Shown: one piece after another, positions 26,245 to 38,363 of the stretch | Layout of the letters: each line of letters starts with the position of its first letter | Numbering within the stretch: position 1 is the first letter of the stretch | Origin: Xylographa opegraphella | Taxonomy: Eukaryota | Direction: 5' to 3' | DNA length: 64,000 nucleotides | Assembly: GCA_022813865.1 (NCBI GenBank) | Contig: JALDZX010000019.1 | Span: 310,001 to 374,000, forward strand | Notes under the pieces: model-generated | The model's database searches: none | Told to the model about the DNA's origin: nothing | Seen by the model: the letters and a program-made list of their open reading frames with translations, nothing else | Position numbers and translations under genes: made by a program

Positions 26245-27429
26245 TCTCGTCTTCGCTTTGTGACTGCCTTGGAGCCCCCCACAACTATGGACGAAACAGC
26301 GGCTGCGAATGAAGCGCGCTCGGTAGCCTCGCCGCGCACGGCTGGATTGATGGAGATCAAATGTTCATTAGAGCTTTTGTTCTGGCGAAAAGTGCCTATA
26401 TTTCGAGAAAACAATGGCGTTGGTGGTTGAACAGATTCCTCAACGGAACTTTTAGCTTTTTGGTATAATCTCTGCGGCTTCGGCATGTGATCGTAGCATA
26501 CGGCATGGACAGGTGATTCGGCAAGCAAACTTCACGTTGACGATCAAGAGTTATGTAAATGGTTGGGGTTGTCCGAGGCGGACATGGATATATGTTTCAA
26601 ACGTCTGTCATCTGGACCTACAAGGAATGCGATTCCTCCTCACCCGATCGCGGGTAGTGTGGGATGCCGGTTACATAAAACGGTGACGATCGCTATCTTG
26701 ATGCAGTTACGGAGGTATGGCCTGCTACGTATCGCACATGGCATGGGGAACCCTTAAGTATCAGTCTTGTCGACTTCATGTTTCAGCATCTGAACTGTGT
26801 ATCGAGTGCCATGACGCTAATGTTGGAAATAGGGGAAGAAGCTTTGTGGATTATAGAATCTAGTCTACCAGTCTCCAGTCCTAAATACATGAAGTCTTCC
26901 CCAGATAAGTCGTAAGCATATCCCATCATCACGGACGATCGTACGTTCATATCGTTGGTGAGGATAGCAGTAGTATGTCAAGATCTCGAAGAGATCAAGA
27001 CCGAGTTAGGAAGCAAAGGGAATCACCACAGTGTTCGTTGTGGCTTAAGACTCGGTAAAATTGGCATGATGAGGGTCGAGGCGGTCGGGTGGACGGGCGC
27101 TTCTGTTCCAGTGATAGGCTATGTCATGGCGAAGCTGAGCAGATGCAAGCAGCACGTCGATTGTGGGCATGGGATTGCCGTGAAGGGTCGTACACATAGC
27201 CGACAGTCGTAACTTCGTCAAGTTGTAGCTATCGTGAGGATTTAATAGAGAGACACTCGCTCAACTGGCAAGGACAATGAATAGAACAAGACTTTTAGGT
27301 GTGGAGGATATTAAGATAGTGAGAGGCGATCCGAAGTCGATAAATTATATGGCCGTCACGATGTGACACCTCTTCGCCATCCAGACAGTGACTGAATGCT
27401 ATTCCTTCGCGAGTTCTTCAACTCGGACT

Positions 27430-28661
27430 CTATTCTTGGGGTTGCTGGCTTCTCCGCATCTTTTCGGCTTCTAGGTTTTCGTACAGAAGATAAAGTGCCT
27501 TCTCATTCGCTGCGCTACTGCCCATGATTGTGAACATTCGTTCGCCGGTTTCATCATGGGGTGCCTTAGCAATCGAAATCCGCGCTCCGGAGCTCTTCCT
27601 GATCTCGCTGATTTTGCTTCCACCACGGCCGATGATACATCCAACCATATCGGCAGGAATGCTGATGTTTTGCGTTTGAATTTCTTCTCCATCCTCTGTC
27701 ATGGTTGGCAGCGGTCCCCGATTGCCAGCATCGGAATTCGAACGTCGATTGTATCCACCGCCAGCGTTATCACTGAAGTCGGCTCCATTGCCTGTGCGGT
27801 TGTACGAACGATTTCCACCGTACCCCTGAGATCCAGAAGCGTTGTTCATAGGACCGCCACGACCAGCTTCGGCCCGAACAACGGGATTATAAAGTACAGT
27901 CCCAGTACCGCGTTGCCAGTCTTCCACCAAGCATTTGCCAATTTCCCAAGTCGCTTTCTGGATTCCATCAGGAGTACCTTGAATCTCTACGATTCGCTCC
28001 GTTGACTGGGGCAACATCTCTTTCTGAGCAACCATACGAACCCCAGAGACATCCTGGATATGCTTGATCTTTAGACCTTGGCGCCCAATGATGGTGCCCA
28101 TTTGATTATGAGAAATGAGAAGGCGCACAGCTATGTAGGAAACAAGTCAATTGAATTGCGACATGAAAAGCACTCTGCATGGGGTCGTGATTGACTGTGC
28201 ACGACTGTCATGTCACGGCGCGAGAATAGAGAAGACTTACGATGTGTTCCATTATTAGAAATAGCGCCTCCCATACCCATCTGTGGTGCGCCTTCCAGCA
28301 GGCCCTTAGCTACAATACCATAGGCCTTCGAGATTCCCTCGAGGCCTCCCGTAACGGTCAGAACGCGGTCGTGCACGCCTTGCACGACTTTACTGACACC
28401 AGCCTTCACACCAGTCTCGTCGCGTAGATCCGCAACATTCTTCCCGGCCTTTCCAATGATGACGCCTGCCTCTTTCGATGATACGATAGCTCGTAGCGTC
28501 AACTGAGATTGCGCGTATTCGTCGTCTGTCCTAGGAGCAGGCTCTCCGTCGGGTCCCACACGGTGGTCTTCGACGCCATCATTGCTGAGGCCGACCCTGC
28601 TTAAAGACTCTGAGAGATTAGAGATTTCACTGACGTCGTTGCGACTATCGATGTTTGCCAT
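27430..28661 (-). CDS. rnc1: Triple KH-domain RNA-binding protein (Rnc1/Hek2/PCBP family); intron 28131-28240
   Basis: Three GxxG loops: IIGKAGKNV, IIGRQGLKI and IIGRGGSKI. Intron GTAAGT..TAG restores NGTHPVRLLISH. Confidence 0.92.
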
Positions 28662-28859
28662 GGTCTTCTGAAAGCAGTGGGAATTAAGTTTAAGCCTTGT
28701 CTCTGATCAGGTTCATTAGCAAATCTTTGTTAAACGCAGCCGGCTCGACCTTACGGATACGGCTTCGAGTAGCTGTCCAGGAAAAGCTATGACTTTTGCA
28801 TCAGCGCTGTTGTACTTTCAACAAGAGATAGACGAAAGCGCATCAGCCAACAAAAGCCT

Positions 28860-29040
28860 TGAGCGACGGGGATGCTTACGAGACGAGATTAGGAGAGCAG
28901 ATTGGAGAGGTAGAAGCAGGTGTCTGAGACAGGAAGAGAGTATAGAGAAGGCGGAGGAGGAGGAAGAGGAATGCGAGGGGGAGGGCGAAGGTGAGGGGGA
29001 GGGCGGGAAGGTGAGAAAGGCGAAAGGAAGTTGGTGGTCG
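28860..29040 (-). other. Polypyrimidine-rich (CT) tract upstream of the KH gene, typical of a fungal core promoter or 5' UTR
   Basis: Plus strand is strongly GA-rich (gaggaggaggaagagg...gagggcgaaggtgaggggg). Confidence 0.5.
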
Positions 29041-29361
29041 ACGAAGTGGAAGATAGGTGCGCAGGTGAGTGTATCGCTCTCGGTGAAGCTTGGGGAATTA
29101 AGCGGGGCGGCCGAGTGCCCGCCTCGTTTACTTTGCATTTATCTTTCACCGTTTTTTCTTCACGCGCAAGTGGAGAAGCAACCAATGAGACGACGCGCCA
29201 GCGAGATCGACACATGGTGCGGCGACTGGTGCACGTGATGCCACCAGCGACAAGCAGCAGCCATTCACTGCAGCGTCAGATCGTCCATCTGGACGTGATA
29301 CTGATACGAAGTAGTGTAACTGACAGTCCCTTCGTTTCGCATTATCCAGCTGATTTACATG

Positions 29362-30966
29362 TTACTTCTGAGCCTCAAAGACCACTACAATCTCCCATTA
29401 GCGGACCAGAGCGGGCCGTCGTTCCCATGAGGCCTCTTACCTTTCTGTACTTTCATTTTGTCGAAAAGCTCATACCCTTGTAAAGCTTCGCTCAATGGCA
29501 TTATCTTATCAGACATGAATCTGGTCGCGCGGTTCAGTAGACTCGGATCTGAATCCTATTAGGAGCACTTACCCAAGCAGATGTTGCTTTTTTCGAAGCA
29601 TGTCTAAGGACTCGGGAAAGATCGATCTGACGGAACACCGTCCCATCTGGATCCTCAAGTTCTTCCCATACGCTTGATTGCCGGACCTAGCCTGTGTCAG
29701 TCATTGAACAAGTTGAAAGGACACAGGCCGCCCGTATGCAATACCATGGAATCTATGGTCTATTAGTATACACCAGAGCCCGCATACCTTGTGCGTCCAT
29801 ACCTCGGCATTGTGGACCCCAACAGAGGATATGATACCCCATGGCCTCAACAGCTCGAACCCCATTTTCAGCGCTGGACTGAGACCTACAACCTCAATAA
29901 CCACGTCGGCGCCTCGCCCATTCGTCAGCTCTTTCACCCGCTTGTCGAGACCGTCGCGGTCGGTCTGAAAATTCCAGGGCTCTGCACCAAGGGATTTGGC
30001 CAGATCTAATCTCGAAGGGACCGAGTCAACAGCAAGCAAATGCTTTGGCTTGTAGTTCTCTGCGTTTATCAGAGCACACAACCCTACTGGGCCACAGCCG
30101 ATCAGAACAACGGTGGACTCCACCACCTGATCCTTGGACAGCTCCTTGAAGGCATTGTGAGCCGCGAAGTACCCTGGATATCTATCAGCGGATTTTCCGG
30201 GGGGGGGATAGAACATAGCCTTGCCTGTGGGAAATATATCCGCCATGAGCACAAGTGCTTTATCGGCAATTTCCTCTGGTGCTTTCATCACCGTCCCGTC
30301 TGCTAGTGGTACTCTGACCTGGTCAACAATCAGCCAATTCGTGCGAGACTTGAGCCAGCCTGGATCAGTCCGACCTACGTATTCCGCTTGGGCTCCGTCG
30401 AGCGCATTTGTGCCGAATAAGAGACTCTTTTCGCACCTTGAAGAATAGCCATTCTTGCAGTAGAAGCATTCTAGGCTGCTCCTCGTCAATGATGAGGCAC
30501 GACAAATCGGTGGATATTCTGGCTCACCAAGATACAGTAAAGGGTGAAACAACCTGGTCGCCTTTCTTAAAGTTCTTGACTGCCGAACCAATCTCTTCCA
30601 CAGTTCCGGTGAATTCATGCCTGAATAGAGTCAACATCTCAGACGTTGGCAAGCATGACAGCTTACCCCATGATGAAGTCGGTCCCACTAGGCTGATGAC
30701 CCTGTTGGACGGTAATTAACCCCTACTCAGGAAACTCCCACGACGGCACAGACTCTGAAAACATGCAGTTCGCTATGGAATCCATCATTAGCCGGCCATT
30801 CCGCCAACATTCTCTATTTGCTCCCTGCTAACCTGCCACATAACGCCGAGTATATAACTTTGACCACTATATCCGTAGGTGCTTGAAGCTTGGGGATCGG
30901 CCGGTCCTCCAACACTACCTGATAGGGACCTTTGAACACCACTGCCCTCATCGTCTTTTCCGTCAT
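29362..30966 (-). CDS. Zinc-dependent medium-chain alcohol dehydrogenase (MDR family), about 10 introns
   Basis: MRAVVFKGP, ALCGSELH, GHEFTG, structural Zn motif C..CFYC..GYSSRC, DIFPTGY, Rossmann GCGPVG and terminal KVQKVVFEAQK* were all reconstructed across introns. Confidence 0.92.
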
Positions 30967-31501
30967 GATGCCCTTGTGAATGGCGCCCGGATTCTGCACG
31001 CTGCTGAAAGAAAACTTGTAAGGTCAGAGGACCTATTGAGCACGACTTGCGCAGGTGCTGGATTTCCTGCACACCTGCATGTTGTCATTGTTTGCCATGA
31101 GTGCCGCTAATCTCCCCGCACATCACCCCACAGGCTACTCTATACGGTCGCGGTTAAAGCGTTAGGGCATGCTACGGTAGTCCGGGCGAGGAGAGGCTCT
31201 GCGCGAATTTATATCGGCGTCGGCCTTGTCAACAATTGTTCTACAGGATGCTTTAACATAACCTTCATATCGCTACTCCAGAAATTGATTGAAGAGGAAT
31301 GTGTTGTCATAATGCTTAAATTCGACATTCTTATTCCCATCATGCATCACGACTATTCCAGTTCACCACGACAGTCCAGTGGCTGCCTTTCTCAAACCCT
31401 TTCGCGCCACTCCATTCCATCCAGAACGCCCGACTGATTCATCGTCGCAACAATCCAATCCCACCAAAGCCATTCCCATGCACGTCAAGAGTCGCTCTTG
31501 C

Positions 31502-32002
31502 TCAGTAGACGGCCGACAGCAGCTCCGCCTCCAAGATATACTTCCCTTCCTTGTACTTTTCAGAGGCCTCGAATGCTTTGTCATACTTCCACCCGACCGT
31601 CTCCTTGCACTGCCGGCAGCTGATATCCCGCACAATGTGCTTCCCTGTCGTCATGTTGCGCTCGGTAGCTTCCGCTTGCTGTATGTTGACCACGGAGGCG
31701 AAGAGGTAGGCTTTGCCGTGCTGGCCTCGGAAGTTCTGCCGAAGAACAGTTAACTGAGTGATCACCACGAGTGCAACATGAAGAACCGAGTGCGGTGCTG
31801 GGGAGGGGGAAAGAGCAGACAGGTGAAGCACTGCATTGTCGATCACCGATCACTAGAACAAGGAATGCTGAAGTAGGCGGAAACAGGAGTGGGAGCCACT
31901 CACCCGGCTAATGATGGCATCGTGCGTTGCCAAATGCGTCTTGCAGCTCTTGCACCCGAAGATGCGGTCCGCATTCAGGTAGACGTTGTAGGCGAGACCC
32001 AT
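31502..32002 (-). CDS. MOH1: Yippee-family zinc-binding protein (Moh1-like); one intron about 31748-31903
   Basis: MGLAYNVYL..FGCKSCKTHL..IISR/NFRGQHGKAYLF..MTTGKHIVRDISCRQC..VGWKYDKAFE.SEKYKEGKYILE. Confidence 0.93.
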
Positions 32003-32970
32003 CTCGTCGGACAGGTCGATTTCCGACCCAGGAGACGGCTGCCCACTCGGAACAGTATCAAATCGGTAAAGACTGTCCAGCGAAGGGCAGAGCGGGACTT
32101 TGTAGAATGCTCCCTCGGTAAAAGAGAGCTGGATGTGGAGCGAATCGGCGAGCGCGATGAGTTGCTGCTTGGCAGATGTGGAGTGGTCCGTGAAGTGGGT
32201 ATCGGGATCAATCGAGGTGGAAGGGTCGATGGACATGAGTCGGAAAGCTTGGAGATGGACGGTAAGAGGTGAGGGAGGGTAATGTTCTCCGCAGCGGAGT
32301 GGAGACGGCTACGGCACTAGAGCGAGATGAGCTCGGCGGAGCGTGTATATGCGTGTTGGTGAGGGCTTGGATTTCAAAAGGCGGTGGTTGTCCTGGAGGT
32401 GTGGCTACAGTAGAATAGGGAGTATGATATATGTAGACTTAAGAGCTGAAGCTGACAGCAAGGCAGTGGAGGATCACTACCTTGCCTCAAAAAGTAGGCA
32501 CCTGGATTACCCCGTACCCTTATTGGGCTGTTGTACAGGCAGCCGGAGCTGGGTTGCAGGTGACGAGGGGCGTTCCGCGGGGTATTATGCGTGCATAAAG
32601 AGCTTGCATTGGTGTGCACAATTGTGTGTTAACATAAGGTAAGTACCTTAGTGTAGCTACCTACCTTATGGACTCGGAGACACTGTTTTCATACTACGCC
32701 AACGATGGGCATCGGGAGGAATTGAGATGAGCCTTACTGTTGTCCGTCCTCACTACCATGCTTCTCACTCTCTACGTGCCTTACTGTTCGCAACTACCTC
32801 CTAACCTCTTTTTCCTCAATACTTCATGACAATCCCAACCAATATCAATTTGGTGACTCGGAAGAGAGAGACTTTGCCCTTTGTGCCAGCCAGGCGCCGA
32901 GCCGTCCTATCTGCATATCTTGGTACATCCCCGAAACCAAGCTCTTCGTCAGCGTAACCGTCCATCTTCA

Positions 32971-33630
32971 ATGCCTCCCTCCAGCCAGACCTCGTTCCCA
33001 GCCTCCGCCGTCACAACCCTCCTACGATCCCAAGCCGCTCCTTCCTCCCTCACCCACCCCGCACCATACCACCACCTCGCCATCCAAGTCCTCCACAACC
33101 TCCAGTACCAGCACGACTGGACAAACCTCCGTGTTCACACTCACTCCACCCCGTCGGAAATTCCCTCCCATCACTCAACCTCTCCACCCGATCGACCGCG
33201 GCTGCTGCCACGACCACTCGTCTCCGGCTTGCCTCCGAACCGGATCTACGTGCATCCGGACGAGCAGGTGGAGATGCTGCTGGCGGGACGGAGGGAGCAG
33301 GACGTGCTGGTTGAGCGGGAATGGGTGCTGCCCACGCATTTGCGGGAGAAGTGGAGTTTGCGGAAATTTGCCGACGTGTTTGATGCGGTGGGGGAGGAGC
33401 CACCGGAGGGGATTGGTGAGGGTGGAGAAGAAGGCGAGTCCGGCTTGGAGAGGGAGGCTACGGACGGTCCGGGAGTTAGGAAGGATGGCACGAGATGGGG
33501 AGTTGATCCTGGGCCAGAAACCAGTACGAGGCGAGGTGGGAAGAGAGTCCTCCTGGCGACGGTGAGCGACGACAGTACCGTCGTCTATTACATCGTCCAT
33601 GAAGGATTAGTGAAGCCAAGACAAAATTAG
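32971..33630 (+). CDS. SEN15: tRNA-splicing endonuclease subunit Sen15 (fungal type)
   Basis: QVLHNLQYQHDWT, SGLPPNRIYVHPDEQ, EWVLPTHLREKWSL and KRVLLATVSDDSTVVYYIVHEGLVKPRQN. Confidence 0.9.
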   Translation: MPPSSQTSFPASAVTTLLRSQAAPSSLTHPAPYHHLAIQVLHNLQYQHDWTNLRVHTHSTPSEIPSHHSTSPPDRPRLLPRPLVSGLPPNRIYVHPDEQVEMLLAGRREQDVLVEREWVLPTHLREKWSLRKFADVFDAVGEEPPEGIGEGGEEGESGLEREATDGPGVRKDGTRWGVDPGPETSTRRGGKRVLLATVSDDSTVVYYIVHEGLVKPRQN

Positions 33631-33939
33631 TGTCGAGAAATATACCCATACTTCGGAATGAGAGCAACTGTTGTTACGCGGACTTTGCTTCAAATCAACA
33701 GCACAAGTTTATCATTGGACGAGCGCACCGTGACAAGCGCCAAACTGCCAAAACCGAGCTCGGATACATATCAGTGACATCGATCTTCGACCCATTTGTT
33801 GCTCAGACAGCCTCAAACAATCACGATATCTTATCAAATCAAGAAAAATTGACACAATGTTCGCGCCATCTCTTCGACGCCCGCTAGCACTGCTGAACAG
33901 AACCAGTCCAACGTAGGTACAATAGCAGCATCCAGAAAA

Positions 33940-35021
33940 TCAATTCGACACGCCATCAACGTGACCAACCCACCAAAAGGCTGTCCCAGTCAAGACAGCG
34001 GCAGTGGCCCAGACGCTTGCCCATCCAGCTGCCCCCGTACTTTCTGCGCCCTCTACCGTCAGGGCTACCTGATACCAAGTGTTCATGTACGTAAGCGCTG
34101 TCAAGGCCACAGTCCTCGCAATTATAACCCTGGTACGCTTCGAGTAGCCCCACAGATTATGTTGCAGAGTCTCCATCAAAGTAGCTGTCTCCGGATTGAA
34201 AGCTAGTCGTCGAATGTCCTCAAGATCTCGCTTGGCACCGGTGGCAGGCGTGAACAAGAAACTCTTTGCTGCAATGCCGACCGGAATGAATGATGCGATC
34301 AAAAATGGCAGCCGAGCTTCGTGCGCCGCTGAGATGTCTCGGAGGCCCTCGAAATGAATGACCATGTGTACGGGGAGCCAGGTCATAAAGCTACTATAGA
34401 CAGTCAAGCCGTAAATCGCCGCGGCCAAGAGACTATTGTAGACCGAGACCTCCCAATCGTTTAGAATGGACCGATTTGAAACAGCGCCTCTTGGCGCATC
34501 AACAATATGTGTTGCTTCCAGTGGGCGAAAAAGCCGGAATGGGATGTATATTGCAGCCATATCAAGCGCCAGTTTTGTGAGGAGAGTGGTTGGCCGAATG
34601 CCATAAAAGGTTGTAAGTAAATAAAGAGGCGGGCCATGGGTCAGAAGAGTTAGAGATACGATATCATAGCCTGAAATGATGAGTTAGTATGTCGCATCTG
34701 GTGAGAGATCACTTTGAAGCGCGTAAACATGCTACAGGCATCCGTACCATCGAAGTTCCCCCACCAACCCAAGTAGAGCTCCAAGACCTTTAGGAGAAGG
34801 GTGGCACTGACTTCCCTCCAGTTATTGATACTCCTGCTGACCGTGGAAAGGTCACCTGCAGCGTAGGTGGAAGTAAAAGAGAGCAAAGCCGCATTGAGAA
34901 TGAGATTTGTGACTACCACCAAGGGAAAGCGCAAGTGAGAGGAGAGTTCGCTCGCTGAAATTGGAGGCTGAGGGGTCGGAGTCGCGACGACCCCATTTGG
35001 CATTTGCTTTCGCGACACCAT
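33940..35021 (-). CDS. Hypothetical multi-pass membrane protein; intron 34671-34747
   Basis: Hydrophobic ORFs joined in frame (GNFD/GYDIVSLTLLTHGP) with several TM-like segments. Start uncertain. Confidence 0.8.
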
Positions 35022-35581
35022 CTGGAAAGCTGACGAGGTTTCGATGATGAAGGAATGGTGCGCGGTGTTTGCTTTTCCTTAACAACTGAAGGTTTGGTGA
35101 TGAAGGACGCGAGCAGAAGCTTTAGGGATTAGCGCTTTGTTGTTATGGCAATGACGTATGGGAAGGCGCTAGTCCATTAGCCAAAAAGCTCCCGCTTTCA
35201 GCGACTCATCGCTATGAGGAAAAGGACCGGAAGCTTCAGGTGGCTGGGTGGGATTGTAACTCAAAAGTTAGTAGTCGAAGGACCAAACTAATGTCCGCTC
35301 ATGAACATTTCCATTCCATGCTCCGCTCACTTTCGTCAATCGTGCCAGACTCGTTCAACAGGACAGCATTTTTGTTACATAGCTAGGATTTAAGGATTGT
35401 TGAAATGATGTATCTCACGTCCATTGCTTAGTGTATTCTACTTGAGACTAGTGAGAGATGAGCTTCTCTGTATTGCACTGTTATCTCACTCCTACTGGCG
35501 TGCGAGCCGAAGGGCAAGAGTGGTCCAAGAAGTGCAGACACCAGAGTGTACATTGATGCCTGACCTGAGTTTCTATAAGAA

Positions 35582-37464
35582 ATGGCAAGAGTGCTTCGTC
35601 TTCCAGGCCGTCTTACGTATCGCCTCCTGCAAAGCCGGTCTTCTTTGTGCTTTCTTGACCATGGGGTTCACAACCATGAAGCTCAGCTGGGTTGGTGTCG
35701 GACATATGCAAGTAACACTGAGCCTCAAGGCCCTTCTGGCTTTGGTCCGGGTGTCGAAGAACCAGAGGATGGTCAGGACGCACAATCGCAAAACCAGAAT
35801 GGTAGTGCATACAGATCGACAGCTTACAAGATGTTCGAGAGCGCAGCCTCCACTTTTGCATCGCTGACAGTCTTGGCGTGAGTGATGCTGTCCACTGTCC
35901 CATATAGATCGGTTCTAGTACATAAACTCATAATGAACACCAGATTTGCTGGACTGGCCTATCATAAATACTACAAAGATCTAGTTCTTCGTAAAATGGA
36001 AAATGCCTTTAAGCCAGGGGATCCTGTCCTTGAGCTCGCAGCGCTCGGTGGTCAAACGCCTACAAATATTTTCGAAGGAGACCAAGAGCATTGGGTTCGT
36101 CGTCCTGAGCAGGCCAAGATTGACGCCATCATTAATGGTACAGATCGAGGGCATTATTATCTTATGGTTGGCGAGAAGGGGACTGGTAAGTCCTCAATGC
36201 TGCTAGATGCAATGCAGAAGGTCGATGGCGAAGGCGTGTCTGTAAGTGCCAATCTACCGTGTTTCAGTCCCTTTATACAAATGATTTTCGTATGCTTTCG
36301 AACGAAATGATCATTTTCGAAGATGTCAGGAATCATTATCTTTCTCCTCATAAAAGAGTAGCTAACATCCATACCTATCAGTGGTTTGAAGCACACGCCG
36401 ATCTCGAAATCTTTCGCATCCGTCTCGGAAAGGCTCTCGACTTTGAATTCCATGAGGATTACATCGGTAGTTTGTTCAGTATTCGCGGGCCTCGCGACAC
36501 AACCGCACTCCTGGACATCGAGCGTGCTTTCAATAAGCTTGAGAAAGTTGCTTTGAATCGTAGGAAAACAGTTGGTCGGCCACTCGTACTCATAGTCAAC
36601 AGCATGCACCTCCTCCGCGACGACGAAGACGGTCGTGACTTGCTCGAGCTAGTTCAACAACGCGCAGAGCAATGGGCTGCCAGCAACCTCATTACTGTGG
36701 TCCTCAATAGCGACGACTATTGGGTGTACGAGCGTCTCAAAGGACTCGCCACGCGGATGGAGGTTCTCCCTATTTCAGACTTGCCCAAACCGCAAGCCGT
36801 TGCCGCCCTCCGCAGCTATCGCTCCCGCTACTTCCGCGAAAAAGCCTCCGCGGAGGTCTTGAACCAAGTTTACGACCAAGTTGGCGGTCGTCTTACTTTC
36901 CTGAACCGCGTCGCTAAAAGCCCGGACATGCTAGCCGAATGCGCCGAGATATGCGCGCGAGAGAAACGCTGGCTTCTTAATCAATGTTGGGTCCTTGGCG
37001 CGGAAATGGACGACGACGTGATGGATCAGCAGAAGTACTGCTCCGCCGCTCTTGTACTTGCGTCTCACCTGGTCTCCATGTCCACGCCATATGACCATGA
37101 GCAAGGACATTTACTGCCCGAGGTCCCATTGCACCTGGCGCGGCAGGTTATGACGCGGGCCGATTTCATCCAATCCTACGACCATATCAACATCTTCACC
37201 ATCGACTCTCGTGGGATGGTTCGCGCGGATTCGGTGCCGATGCAGAACGCGTTCCGCGAGGTGTGCACAGCAGACGGCTTTCAAGAGCATTTGGAGAAGA
37301 CGCTGGATAGGATCAATGCGATTGAGAGCTTGGGACGGACAAGAGAGGTAGTCGCGAAGGATTTGGTAGGAGGAAAATATACGTTCGATGTTGTAAAGAG
37401 AGATGGGGTACGTGGAGGCCTTATGGCGGAAGTGGGCATTAAAGAGGCGGAGGACGGGATTTGA
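35582..37464 (+). CDS. P-loop (AAA+-like) ATPase, probably mitochondrial with one TM anchor; introns 35878-35943 and 36242-36381
   Basis: Walker A GEKGTGKSS, an Arg/Leu-rich N-terminus resembling a presequence, TM-like TFASLTVLAFAGLAY and VGGRL motif. Confidence 0.85.
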
Positions 37465-37760
37465 TAGCCAAGCATTCGGATGAATAAGCTGGACGGGGAC
37501 CATCTTGACCACCAGATACGGCCAGCTCTTCACCTCCGCTTTTGGATACATTCGCACGTTGAGGATAGCAAACTATTGAGGGAGTGTGCCAGAGGAGCGC
37601 CACCGAGAGCAATCTTTTGGTCCTTACTGCGAACGGCACATCGATGAGTGACTTAGAGTCTAAATATGCATGTCAAAACAGACGGACTCGTTCAGCTTTT
37701 CAGCTATGCAAAGGCAAAGACTCGCTTCACCACACTCCATGACACATCCTGCTATCGAGT

Positions 37761-38363
37761 TCAGCGTTTCTGCTCTTGACCTGACCACGGTGTCACGGTA
37801 TCGACCGGCATCTGCGCTGTCTCTGGCCCGGACCACAGCTCCAACGTGACCCACAACCTCTCGAGCGGCATCGTGGTGCGGCCTCTGCGCGATTTCGTCT
37901 CCTCCATCCACAACAGCAACATCACAGCCATGTCCTGCACCTCCTCCCACTCGTTGAGCCAAAGGATGGTCGCGGATGGGTTTGTCGGTCCCGGCGGGCC
38001 GGACGGGTAGGTCAGCCTGCCCCCGGAATCGGAGATCCACACTCGCAAAATGCTGTGGATGGAGCGGAACTCTTGCGGGACGAAGTAGAAAGGGCTTTGT
38101 GGGACCGGTGGGTCGGGCCGTATGGAAGCCCCACCGGCAGGGCGCAGCACGATGTCTCGGCCGGTAGGGCACTGCGCGATGGCGGCGTAGAGGCCATATC
38201 CATTCGGAATGCCCCTAGTCATCATGCGGAAGAATGGCGGTCCTGGTGGCGGATGTGCTCGTGGCTGGTCTGCTACGAAGGCAGAATTCTCGCGTGTGTT
38301 TGCTGCGGAGACGGACGAGCGTAGCAGGATCAACATGGCCCAGATGGCGATGACATACCGCAT
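37761..38363 (-). CDS. Small putative secreted protein (about 200 aa), no recognised family
   Basis: Signal-peptide-like MRYVIAIWAMLILLRSSVSAA followed by a GC-rich uninterrupted ORF. Confidence 0.6.
   Translation of the reverse strand: MRYVIAIWAMLILLRSSVSAANTRENSAFVADQPRAHPPPGPPFFRMMTRGIPNGYGLYAAIAQCPTGRDIVLRPAGGASIRPDPPVPQSPFYFVPQEFRSIHSILRVWISDSGGRLTYPSGPPGPTNPSATILWLNEWEEVQDMAVMLLLWMEETKSRRGRTTMPLERLWVTLELWSGPETAQMPVDTVTPWSGQEQKR

Noticed and set aside
26235..26528. 97-aa ORF as first exon of the PAS kinase
   Set aside because: Out of frame with the splice donor; ATG 26244 gives the in-frame exon.
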